A stretch of DNA of 63,422 bases, filler included, from Octopus bimaculoides (lineage: Eukaryota): the NCBI RefSeq assembly GCF_001194135.2. It is 6 parts of 6 records of this genome, joined end to end, with 100 filler letters (N's around TTAATTAATTAA, not from the genome) between each part and the next. Parts side by side here need not be neighbours in the genome. Positions count along the whole stretch, not along the records: positions 1 to 23,230 come from NC_068989.1; 5 more parts are not named here. The stretch is one strand, 5' to 3'. Shown piece after piece: positions 1 through 11,865 of this stretch. The position numbers and the translations under genes are program-made. Position 1 is the stretch's first letter. Each line of letters starts with the position of its first letter. The notes beneath the pieces were generated by a model. That model did not search any database. It was not told the origin of the DNA and worked only from the letters and a program-made list of their open reading frames with translations.

Positions 1-500
1 TAGAAAATGACTTAGCTGTTGTGTTGGTGCTTGAGGTCCAGCGACTATTGGCCTTAGTATTTTTACGTATTGGTTCTTCTGCTTATTTATGGCATTTTGT
101 ATTTCGGAGCTTTTGTGAATTTTAGGCAATCCATAAAAATTGCTCTCTTTGATAACAGAGTTGCATATATACTCTTTTTCCTTGTTAGTGAAGGAATCTT
201 GGAATTCATTGATTAGTCTTCTGATTTTATTCATTATTGTTTTTTCTGAGTGTTTTGGTTCTTCCTTGCATTTCCAATATTTTATCTTTATAATAGTCTT
301 TGTCCATGATAACTATTGCCCCTCCCTTGTTGGCTTCTTTTAGGATGATTGTGTTGTCATTCTTCAGTGTTTGTAAGGCTTCCTTTTCTTTTTCACAAAG
401 GTTTTGTTTACATCTGTGGGTATCTAGGGGAAATTTTGAAATTGTGTCTATATACACATCTAAATATTTGTCCTTTCCCTTGTAGGGGGTTGTGACCATT
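1..500 (-). mobile_element. Penelope-like element A, inverted 5' segment (N-terminal to early RT region, frameshifted)
   Basis: Minus-strand translation gives TIILKEANKGGAIVIMDK, then after a frameshift FYGLPKIHK...LRPIVAGPQAPTQQLSHFL ending at base 1. These are canonical PLE pre-RT/RT motifs. Confidence 0.9.
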
Positions 501-501
501 A

Positions 502-1988
502 ATACCCAGCTATGTACAGGATGGCATAGATTTCATCCAACACATTCCCCCCACTGTTACAGAAGGTACTATACTGGCAAGTTTTGATGTCACTAATCTC
601 TATTCCAATATACGTCACATTTTAGGCCTAGAAGCAATCAAACACTGGGTAGAAAAACACAGGAAATGGATAAATGAACACTTCAAGACTGACTTCATCA
701 CCAAGGCCAACCGTCTAGTGCTAGAAGAAAATACCATTAAATTCGACAATAAAACATATCGGCAGATAAAAGGGCACGGTTATGGGTACGGGATTTGCGC
801 CCTCATATGCAAACTTAGTTATGGGATACTTAGAAGAAAAGCTCTATGAGAAAGTAGAAAAAACTTTTGATCAGGAAAACAAGAAATATATCATTAAAAA
901 GTGGAAACGCTTCCTTGATGATTGCTTCATCTTTTGGGAAAAATCGAATGAAGATCTAAATATATTTAACAATATACTGAACACACTTCATCCTTCCATC
1001 AAATTCACAACAGAATCCAGTTGCAATGAACTACCATTCCTCGATATCCACATAAAAATACAAAACTGCACAGTCACAACAGACATATTTTACAAAAAAA
1101 CGGATACACACCAATATTTAAACTTCTATTCTTGTCACCCATCACACATCAAAAGAAACATCCCATACAGCATGGCCAGACGCATCTGTGCTATAGTAAG
1201 TGACCCTAAAATGTGTGAAATCAGACTCAACGAACTCAAAGGCTTCCTTACTATACAAAAATACCCCTTAGGCTTAATTAATGAAGGAATTAAAAAGGCG
1301 ATGAAACTGAATATCACCCAACTATGGACACCTAAGGAAAAAGTTAATGAAAACACGATTCTGTTCATTAACACATACAGTCCTGGAATAACTAACATAT
1401 NNNNNNNNNNNNNNNNNNNNNNNNNNNNNNNNNNNNNNNNNNNNNNNNNNNNNNNNNNNNNNNNNNNNNNNNNNNNNNNNNNNNNNNNNNNNNNNNNNNN
1501 NNNNNNNNNNNNNNNNNNNNNNNNNNNNNNNNNNNNNNNNNNNNNNNNNNNNNNNNNNNNNNNNNNNNNNNNNNNNNNNNNNNNNNNNNNNNNNNNNNNN
1601 NNNNNNNNNNNNNNNNNNNNNNNNNNNNNNNNNNNNNNNNNNNNNNNNNNNNNNNNNNNNNNNNNNNNNNNNNNNNNNNNNNNNTAAAATAAATGCAGAT
1701 ATGAACTGCAAAACACAAAATCTCATATACTGCATCACCTGTCCAAACTGTAAAGAAAATTACATTAGCGAAACAAATAACTCACTCTGTCAACGTGCAA
1801 GAATTCACAGGCAACATATCTGGTAAGAAGAACTACGAAAGATTCCATTGAGTAAACATCTAGAAATATGTGGAGACGGAAAGTTCAAAATCTTTCCCTT
1901 TTACAAATGTACACGGGATGATCCGCAATACCAAAATGCAATGGAACTACACTTCATAAAAAGATTCTCCCTAAAGTTAAATGTTTGA
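502..1988 (+). mobile_element. Penelope-like element A: RT core, Cys-rich linker and GIY-YIG endonuclease (defective)
   Basis: IPSYVQD, SFDVTNLYSNI, QIKG/(frameshift near 772)TVMGTGFAPSYANL, RFLDDCF, LPFLDI, HPSHIKRNIPYSMARR, NLIYCITC..C..NYISET. Premature TAA at 1824-1826; terminal TGA at 1986-1988; gap at 1401-1684. Confidence 0.93.
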
Positions 1989-2341
1989 AAGAGAAAAAAG
2001 AAAAGCAAAGAGTACATTTTGTATGTATGTATATATGTATGGGTATGATATGATGTATATAGTTATCTTATTTTACTTACTAATTGATTTTTCAAATTAT
2101 TAATTTACAAATATTATACTAATGTATTCTCGTAGGGAACTATACACCTTACCAAAGATAAATAAATAAATGTATGACAGGAATATATTCTAAATATAAC
2201 TCAAAGAATATTAAAAGAAAGGACTAAAACAGAAAGGACAAGAAAACATTTTTTATTTTTTATTTCTTATTCTCTATTTTTTCTTTTTTCTTTTTCTTTT
2301 CTTTCTTTTCTTACCATCCCTAGAAACCATTNNNNNNNNNN

Positions 2342-2747
2342 ATTAACACATACAGTCCTGGAATAACTAACATATTCCACATCATAAAATCAAACTTGCC
2401 TATACTCCTACAAAGCCCGAAAATGAAAACTCTGATCGAAAAAAACACCTTACGGAATAGCAGACGCCAACAAAAAAAACCTTAAAAAACACCTCACAAG
2501 GCAGAGTTCAGATCAGAGACTAAACCAGAATTCATAGTAAAAGAATGTGGTGATAGGAGATGTGGAACGTGTAACAATACCAACTACAAATACATAGAAA
2601 GTGGTTCCCACATAAAATTCAAGAATGGATCTATTTTTAAAATAAATGCAGATATGAACTGCAAAACACAAAATCTCATATACTGCATCACCTGTCCAAA
2701 CTGTAAAGAAAATTACATTAGCGAAACAAATAACTCACTCTGTCAAC
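2342..2747 (+). other. Penelope fragment that is probably the misplaced contig filling gap 1401-1684
   Basis: Its start (2342-2375) is identical to the bases before the gap and its end (2638-2747) is identical to 1685-1794. The interior is 262 bp versus a 284-N gap. Confidence 0.75.
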
Positions 2748-3370
2748 NNNNNNNNNNNNNNNNNNNNNNNNNNNNNNNNNNNNNNNNNNNNNNNNNNNNN
2801 NNNNNNNNNNNNNNNNNNNNNNNNNNNNNNNNNNNNNNNNNNNNNNNNNNNNNNNNNNNNNNNNNNNNNNNNNNNNNNNNNNNNNNNNNNNNNNNNNNNN
2901 NNNNNNNNNNNNNNNNNNNNNNNNNNNNNNNNNNNNNNNNNNNNNNNNNNNNNNNNNNNNNNNNNNNNNNNNNNNNNNNNNNNNNNNNNNNNNNNNNNNN
3001 NNNNNNNNNNNNNNNNNNNNNNNNNNNNNNNNNNNNNNNNNNNNNNNNNNNNNNNNNNNNNNNNNNNNNNNNNNNNNNNNNNNNNNNNNNNNNNNNNNNN
3101 NNNNNNNNNNNNNNNNNNNNNNNNNNNNNNNNNNNNNNNNNNNNNNNNNNNNNNNNNNNNNNNNNNNNNNNNNNNNNNNNNNNNNNNNNNNNNNNNNNNN
3201 NNNNNNNNNNNNNNNNNNNNNNNNNNNNNNNNNNNNNNNNNNNNNNNNNNNNNNNNNNNNNNNNNNNNNNNNNNNNNNNNNNNNNNNNNNNNNNNNNNNN
3301 NNNNNNNNNNNNNNNNNNNNNNNNNNNNNNNNNNNNNNNNNNNNNNNNNNNNNNNNNNNNNNNNNNNNNN

Positions 3371-3720
3371 CAATACAATGAAAAGTGGTGGATAGGAAAA
3401 TGTATAGCCCTTCTCTCTCTCTTTTACCTTACCCATCTTTCTTTCTTTCTATCTATCTATCTATCTATCTATCTGACTATCTGTCAGTCCATCAATCTGT
3501 CTATCCATCTTCCATTGTTTCCAAAGCCTCACCCCAAAAAAACAAAACAAAAACAATGTTCTCTTATAAACAAAATATAAAAAAACATCTGTTTTATATA
3601 TCTGTATATTCACAGAATTGTATTTGGCAATATTGAAAGATGAATGAAAGTGTTAATATGAAAATGAAGATATAATAAAATAAAAAGTTTTTCCAAAATT
3701 CTGACAACTTTTTTTCAATA
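3371..3720 (+). repeat. 3' flank/UTR unit following Penelope A, duplicated after Penelope B (about 10695-11030)
   Basis: Shared caatacaatg...cccttctctctct...tccattgt(t/c)tccaaagcctcaccccaaaaa...ttccaaaattctgac at both positions, diverged. Confidence 0.7.
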
Positions 3721-3781
3721 TTTAATTCTGTACATCACACCTAACACTCTACACACACACACATATACACGTGTATATAGA

Positions 3782-4120
3782 AATATAAATAAGAAATGGA
3801 AAACAAAACAATAATTATAATAATTATAAATTCAATTCAATTTAAATATTTTATACAAACAAATGACACATCTCATAAATTACAGCTGTTTCTGCTTCAT
3901 TAATAAAACAAAGTTTTTCAAGAAAAATCAAATCTATTTAAGTATGTAATGCTGCTTCATCAGACAGACATATCTGCTTAAATTTTTGATGAAAAATATC
4001 AATTGAAAATATAACTGCTAAGGCTTTATGAAAATGCTTCATAAGAGCAAGCTTAATCATAAATAAGTAAATAATCTAACTAAAATTATGTAAATTCCTA
4101 AATTTAAATCTATAAATATT
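3782..4120 (-). repeat. About 340-bp unit (pLTR-like), inverted copy of 11355-11692
   Basis: Reverse complement aligns throughout with 11355-11692 (e.g. aatatttatagatttaaattt, gcagaaacagctgtaatttatgagatgtgtc). Confidence 0.8.
3881..3963 (-). ncRNA. Degenerate type I hammerhead-ribozyme-like motif
   Basis: Minus strand reads CUGAUGA-AGCAGCAUUA...UAAUGAAGCA-GAAAC-AGCU-GUA. The palindromic minimal stem III is typical of PLE hammerheads; stem I pairing is poor. Confidence 0.45.
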
Positions 4121-4349
4121 CCATTCTATAACTAATTTTATTGCACAATACACACGTTCATATATACCTATTTATATATACTTATATATATACACACACA
4201 CATACACTTATCATTTATGTACGCATATTTAAAAGAAAAAAAATTAATTTATTTTTTCATTTTTTATTATTTATTTTTATTTGTATTTTGTTATATGTAT
4301 ATGTATGTATGTATGTATATATATATATATTTACTTTTATATATATTTA

Positions 4350-7300
4350 GAACCCGAATCCTGAAAGCGTGGCTAACGGCGCTCTGGTATTGCAAGTCCC
4401 CAATGGCGGATGAACAATGGATTATCCTAGTGATCCATTGTTCCACCAGATCACTAGGAACAATGGCGGATGAGGGTGATGCTATGCAAGCTGGCTATAA
4501 AGGCAGACTACGATAAACTGGAGTTCCGGTAGCTTGCCGCAGGAAACCTGTGAACAGGACCAGATGGGCTGGTCCCAAGGTGGAGCATAGGATCTTATCC
4601 ACCAACTCCGGCAGCTTGTTATAACAGAAGACAAGGGTCAATCGTCTCGAGACTCCTCTAGCTATTGAACCCCCCCTCGCCTTCTGTCAAGTGCGTGCAA
4701 CTGAGAACTGCATCCTCTCTGGCACCTTAAACTTTTCATAGCACAAGCTTCGCCTTTCATCCTTCATTCTCTTTCATCCTCTCTGCAAGTCCTGCGACGA
4801 TGGGATCATCTGGCAACGGGGGCAGACTAGAATGTAGTTGGAAGCCTCTAGTTGGGGTCCTGCACATAGGTGGCATAATAAGATGGTCGTTGTTGCATGG
4901 ACCTGTGGACGAACATCCACCTTGGTCCTGCTTGTGTGACCAGGCAACCCTTTTCAGGGATAGCACTGCCTATCTCACATGGGGAAGGGCCTAGAAAATG
5001 TGGCTCAGAAAAAGCTCATCCTCACTTGCTCAATTGGGTAACCACTCCCAGTGAGTCATCCCCAAGCATGTCATTGAAACCAAGCATCAAAATTGAAAAA
5101 GAAACCCCCGAACCTCATCCTTTGCATGTTGGAATGTTCGCACCCTCATTGATGACGTTTCACATGATGAGCTAGACGCTCGATGACCCCCGCCCCGTGA
5201 CACACTGCTATTGTAGCCACCGAACTCAAGCGCTACAACGTCGACATTGATGCACTCAGTGAGACGCGTTTCTCCGGTGAGGGTTCCCTCACTGAAGAAG
5301 CTGGTGAATACACCTTCTGGAAAGGACATGCCTCTGAGATGTCCCATTTGCATGGGGTTTGGTTTCGCAATCAAGAACAGCCTATTGCAGAAAATTCCTG
5401 GAGTACCCTGCCTGATGACAATCAAAATCCCACTTTCGAACAAATGTTTTGACAATTCTCAGCATTTATGGACAACTCTTGACTCTGATGAAGAGATAAT
5501 AGACGCCTTCTATGATTCTCTGCATACTGCGTTTCGGAGTATTTCCTAATTGGACAAGATCGTACTCATGGGTGACAATACTGCCTGGCAAGGGATCCTA
5601 GGTCCTCACAGCACAGGGAAAATGAATGCTAATGGACAGAGACTACTCACCTTTTGCTCTAAGTATGACCTGTGCATCACTAACACCTTCTTTCAACAGC
5701 GGGACATTTACAAGACGTCATGGATACACCCACATTCCAAAAAGTGGCATCTCCTAGACTACATCATTGTCCGTCGTCAAGACATGGGCGATGTCCTCCA
5801 TACGCGTGCAATGCATGGAGCAGATTGCTGCGTGGAGCAGATTGCTGGATGGACCACAACCTTATCCGCTCCAAGTTTAGAATCAACATTCGACCCCCTA
5901 GCCGATAGTCGACATCATCAAAATGACTGAATGATCCTGTATGTATACATGAAACTGTATGTATACACAAAACTGTATGATCCTGAGAATTGTGCCCTCT
6001 TTCAAGATCAGCTTGCCATCAAATTGGATACTCTCCCACTCCCTGATCCTACCTCGGTAAACCAAGAGGAGCTAGATGATATATATGGGACAAACATTTC
6101 TCTCTGATCTCCTCGGCTGCAACTGAACAACTAGAACACACTAAACGTCACACTCCTGACTGGTTTGATGGATCTGCTGATGAGATCCTTCCTCTTTTCA
6201 GAAGTAAAAACCGGGTTCATGATGCCAAACTCTCAAGCAGGTCGAACACACACCTCCAGAATTGGAAAGATCTTCGCTCGGAATGCCAGAGCAGACTTAG
6301 GCAGATTTAGAACAATTGGTGGAAGAACAAAGCTGCAGAAATTCAATGTTTTGCGGATGAAAATACGATCCACGAGTTCTACACTACAGCCAAATCCATG
6401 TACGGTCCATCCTCCAATCATATCAATCCGATACGGTCTTCAGATGGCAACACTCTCTACAAGGAAAAGACCCAGATCCGTGACAGATGGGTAGAACACT
6501 TCAACTCCTTGCTGAACAAGATAAATCCTACAGGCACCACACTGATTGATGAGCTCCCTCATCTCCTTCCTCTCCCTGAGCTGGATACAGAACCCTCCCA
6601 TGTGGAAATCCATACAGCTCTCTCCTACTTAAAAAAAACAGGAAATCACCTGAATCAGATGGTGTGTCAGGGGAGATCTATAAATATGGTGGTCCTGCTC
6701 TTGTCCAGCGTCTTCATCAGATTATCCTCTGCTGTTGGAAAAGTGTCTTGATCCCTCAATGCTGGAAACATGCAGACATAATCACCATCTTCAAGAAGAA
6801 AGGAGATTGTTCAGACTGCAACAACAGCAGAGGTATTTCAATCCTGGATGTTGCAGGAAAGGTCTTGGCACATGCCCTGCTCTCTTGACTTCTTGGCCTC
6901 TTCGTTGAAGGAATCCCCCCAGAGTCTCAATGCGGTTTTAGAGCTAACCGTAGCACTATCAACATGGTCTTTGTCTCCTGCCTTCTGTTAGAGAAGTGCC
7001 GAGAATAACAGCATGATGCCTCGTTTGCCTTTATTGACCTAACTAAGGCTTTTGATACTATTAGCTGCCCACTACTATGGAATGTCCTGCAGAGGTATGG
7101 ATGCCCTCCTAAGCTTCTCGCCATGTTACGCCAGTTCCATGAAGGCATGCAAGCACATCTGACATTGGGTGGTGATCAGTCTGACTACTTCAATGTTCAA
7201 GTTGGTGTTAAACAAGACTGTGTCCTGGCCCCTGTCCTCTTCAACGTGTTCCTTGTAGCTGTGACCTTACTATTCACTATGACCTCAACCCCAAAGATGG

Positions 7301-8410
7301 CATCTCAATTCAATATCGCCACGATGGCAGTCTCTTCATCTTGAGGAGACTAAAATCACTAACAAAGACTCAATCCACCACTCTCTTCGAATTACATTAT
7401 ACCGATGACTGCGAAGCTCTCGACCATGAACCAGCCTTCAGCAGAACCTAGATGTTGTGTGCAATGCCTAATGTTGGACAGGATTCCAGGTCAACACCAA
7501 GAAAACAGAGATCCTTCAATGCTCCAAAAATGGTTCACCCCCTGTGACTCTTTTGATCCAATACAACCAGCTAAAGAACACTGAGAAATTTACCTATTTG
7601 GGTAGCATCATCTCAAGCAATGGGGTCATTGACCACAAAATTCAGAATCGCATCCACTTTGCCTCCTCCACTTTTGGACGTCTCAAGGATCTTCCTTAAT
7701 CATGATCTGAATCTCTCCACAAAAATCGAGGTTTATCATGCTGTTGTGGTTTCCATGCTTCTGTATGCCTCAGAAACCTGGATACTTTATCGTTGTCATG
7801 TCAAACTCCTCAAATCCTTTCATATCCACTGTCTCCAGCGCATTCTTCATCTGACCTGGAAGGACAAGATCCCACATATGGAGATCCTGAGATGAGCAAA
7901 ACTGACCAGCATCGAATGCATGATCCTCAAACGTCAACTGCTCTGGGTAGGGTATGTTATCAGGATGCTGGAAAACTGTATACCCAAGATTGTCCTTTTT
8001 GGGGAGTTAGCAGAGGGTAACCGACTACATGGAGGTCCAAAGGTGTGATATAGAAATCATCTCAAGAAATCCCTGAAGCTCTGCAACATCCCCCTTGGTG
8101 AACTTGAAACTGTGGCCACAGACCGTACTATCTGGAGGAATATGGTCAAAACTGGTAAGCAGCATTTTGAAGATGAGTGGACTAGACTTCGTGAAGAAAA
8201 GCGGAGACAGCTCAAGGAACGTCAGCAAAATTGTAGATGAGCTCATCTTCGTCAGAATCCTCTTCGCTGCTCTCAGTGTAATCAGACATGTGCCTCTAGA
8301 ATTGGCCTTTTCAGCCACAAGAGGGCCTGCCAATGCCATCAGGACAACCCCTAAGGATCAAAGACGACATCGTCATCTGTCAAGATGGACTACCTTAAGC
8401 AAGCAAGTAA
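4350..8410 (+). mobile_element. Near full-length decayed RTE-clade LINE (APE + RT)
   Basis: APE motifs CWNVRTL (5127), ALSETRF (5252), GFAIK, LLDYIIV. RT motifs PESQCGFR, FIDLTKAFD (7030), GVKQDCVLAPVLFN, YTDDC (7398), LLYASETW. Ends in an (AAGC)n-like tail near 8396-8410. Many frameshifts and stops. Confidence 0.92.
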
Positions 8411-8952
8411 ACACTCATACACGTATGTATACACACATGCATATTCCCATACACAAGTTTAGTCATTCATCTATCTATCTTACACACACACACACACACA
8501 TATATATCTATTTTTTACAATTTGCATACATATACAATTCATACACACATGTATCTATTTATGTTAAAACATTATTTTATATATTAATTCAAATCTAAAT
8601 ATTATGAATCTAACAATTAGAATGCAGGGGAGATAACTATTTTTCCATTTATAGAAACAAAATAAAAAAACAAAACCAACTTGATATGGTCAACAAAAAA
8701 AACATTTAAATATATACATACAACAAAAACAAAGTAATACTATACAAACGAAATGTCCCACATTAATAATGAGCCAAAACAATAAATTAAATAAGATAAA
8801 TACGCTATATCTACATATATATCCTATTATTCATTTACTCACATGCATATGGTTATCAATACTTATAAACAAAACGAGAAACGATACCAACTCTATATGG
8901 ACATAGAAAAATAAATTCTATACATACATCAAAACCAAACTAATACCACAAT

Positions 8953-9805
8953 GAATGGTAGTTCATTGCAACTGGATTCTGTTGTGAATCCAGTTGCAAT
9001 GAACTACCATTCCTGGATATCCACATAAAAATACAAAACTGCACAGTCACAACAGACATATTCTACAAAAAACTGATACACACCAATATTTAAACTTCTA
9101 TTCTTGTCACCCATCACACATCAAAAGAAACATCCCATACAGCATGGCCAGACGCATCTGTGCTATAGTAAGTGACCCTAAAATGTGTGAAACCAGACTC
9201 AATGAACTGAAAGGCTTCCTTTCTATACAAAAATACCCCTTAGGCCTAATTAATGAAGGAATTAAAAAGGCGATGGAACTGAATATCACCCAACTACAGA
9301 CACCAAAGGACAAAGTTAATGAAAACACGATTCCGTTCATTAACACATACAGTCCTGGAATAACTAACATATTCCACGTCATAAAATCGAACTTGTCTAT
9401 ACTCCTTGAAAGCCCCAAGATGAAAACTCTGATTGAAAAAAACACCTTACGGAATAGCAGACGCCAACCAAAAAACCTTAAAAAACACCTCACAAGGGCA
9501 GAACTCAGATCAGAGACTAAACCAGAATTCATAGTAAAAGAATGTGGTGATAGGAGATGTGGAACGTGTAACAATACCAACTACAAATACATAGAAAGTG
9601 GTTCCCACATAAAATTCAAGAATGGATCTATTTTTAAAATAAATGCAGATATGAACTGCAAAACACAAAATCTCATATACTGCATCACCTGTCCAAACTG
9701 TAAAGAAAATTACATTAGCGAAACAAATAACTCACTCTGTCAACGTGCAAGAATTCACAGGCAACATATCTGGTAAGAAGAACTACGAAAGATTCCATTG
9801 AGTAN
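8953..9805 (+). mobile_element. Penelope-like element B, 5'-truncated with fold-back 5' junction
   Basis: LPFLDI through KECGDRRCGTC and NLIYCITC...YISET, TAA at 9774-9776; runs into a gap. A 27-bp perfect inverted repeat marks the 5' end. Confidence 0.92.
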
Positions 9806-11511
9806 NNNNNNNNNNNNNNNNNNNNNNNNNNNNNNNNNNNNNNNNNNNNNNNNNNNNNNNNNNNNNNNNNNNNNNNNNNNNNNNNNNNNNNNNNNNNNNN
9901 NNNNNNNNNNNNNNNNNNNNNNNNNNNNNNNNNNNNNNNNNNNNNNNNNNNNNNNNNNNNNNNNNNNNNNNNNNNNNNNNNNNNNNNNNNNNNNNNNNNN
10001 NNNNNNNNNNNNNNNNNNNNNNNNNNNNNNNNNNNNNNNNNNNNNNNNNNNNNNNNNNNNNNNNNNNNNNNNNNNNNNNNNNNNNNNNNNNNNNNNNNNN
10101 NNNNNNNNNNNNNNNNNNNNNNNNNNNNNNNNNNNNNNNNNNNNNNNNNNNNNNNNNNNNNNNNNNNNNNNNNNNNNNNNNNNNNNNNNNNNNNNNNNNN
10201 NNNNNNNNNNNNNNNNNNNNNNNNNNNNNNNNNNNNNNNNNNNNNNNNNNNNNNNNNNNNNNNNNNNNNNNNNNNNNNNNNNNNNNNNNNNNNNNNNNNN
10301 NNNNNNNNNNNNNNNNNNNNNNNNNNNNNNNNNNNNNNNNNNNNNNNNNNNNNNNNNNNNNNNNNNNNNNNNNNNNNNNNNNNNNNNNNNNNNNNNNNNN
10401 NNNNNNNNNNNNNNNNNNNNNNNNNNNNNNNNNNNNNNNNNNNNNNNNNNNNNNNNNNNNNNNNNNNNNNNNNNNNNNNNNNNNNNNNNNNNNNNNNNNN
10501 NNNNNNNNNNNNNNNNNNNNNNNNNNNNNNNNNNNNNNNNNNNNNNNNNNNNNNNNNNNNNNNNNNNNNNNNNNNNNNNNNNNNNNNNNNNNNNNNNNNN
10601 NNNNNNNNNNNNNNNNNNNNNNNNNNNNNNNNNNNNNNNNNNNNNNNNNNNNNNNNNNNNNNNNNNNNNNNNNNNNNNNNNNNNNNNGACCATTTCAATA
10701 CAATGGCCCTTCTCTCTCTCTCTTTTACCACATCCATCTCTCTGTCTGACTATCAGTCTATCTATCTATCTCTCTATCTGCCTGTCTATCTATCTATCTG
10801 CTTATACATCTTCCATTGTCTCCAAAGCCTCACCCCAAAAAATAAAAAAAACAAAACAATATTCTGTTATAAACAAAACCAAAAAAAAACACCTGTTTTA
10901 TATAAATAAGCAAGATCTCTGTATTTTCACAGAATTATATTTGACAAGTTCGAAAGACAAACGAAAGCGCCAATATATGTATAAAATAAATGAAAGAAGT
11001 TATTCCAAAATTCTGACGACTTTTTTTTCAATACATATATATATAAATATTTTTTTAAATTCACACATATACATACTTATACATAAATACATCAATGCAT
11101 GTATATATATATCAGACAATATACATATACACATTTATATATGTTAAATGAGATAAATACGCTATATCCTCATATATACCACATTATTCATTCACTCTCA
11201 TATATATACATATGGATACATATAAACAAAATGTAAAACGAAACCAACTCTATATAGACATAGAAAAATAAAGTCTATACACACTTCAAATCAAAGTAAT
11301 ATCAATATAAACGAAATGCCCCAAATATGAACATTGAGCGAAATACGAACATCAAATATTTATAGATTTAAATTTGGGAATTTATGTAATTTCAGTTAGA
11401 TTCTTTACTTATTTATGATTAAGCTTGCTCTTATGAAGTGTTTTCGTAAAGCCTTAGCAGTTATATCTTCAATTGATATTTTTTGTCAAATATTTAAGCA
11501 GATATGTCTAT

Positions 11512-11594
11512 ATGATGAAGCATCATTACATATTTAAATAGATTTGATTATTCTTGAAAAACTTTGTTTTATTAATGAAGCAGAAACAGCTGTA
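11512..11594 (+). ncRNA. Second copy of the hammerhead-like motif, core mutated (AUGAUGA)
   Basis: atgatga-agcatcatta...taatgaagca-gaaac-agct-gta within the 11355-11692 unit, in sense orientation to Penelope B. Confidence 0.35.
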
Positions 11595-11823
11595 ATTTAT
11601 GAGATGTGTCATTTGTTTGTATAAAATATTTAAATTGAATTGAATTTATAATTGTTCAATTTATTATTTTGTTTTCCATTTCTTATTTATATATTAATAA
11701 ACTGTACGTTTACTTTTTATTTACCTATTGGAATAACATTGTTATTGATATATGTAATATAAACCAGTAAATTCTTCTGATATTTAATATCCCTTAGGTG
11801 AATTTTACATCTAGCTAAATTGT

Positions 11824-11865
<42 letters not shown>

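Noticed and set aside
2342-2747. Apparent third tandem Penelope copy
   Set aside because: Both ends are identical to the edges of gap 1401-1684 and its length nearly equals the gap, so it is most likely a misplaced gap-filling contig.
2654-3580. Long ORFs in the supplied track that are mostly X
   Set aside because: They are open only because they cross N gaps.
4350-4620. Canonical HDV-like ribozyme at the RTE 5' end (also sought at 54750-54920)
   Set aside because: Could not assign P1/P3/P1.1 consistently by hand. Only the inverted-repeat structure is reported.
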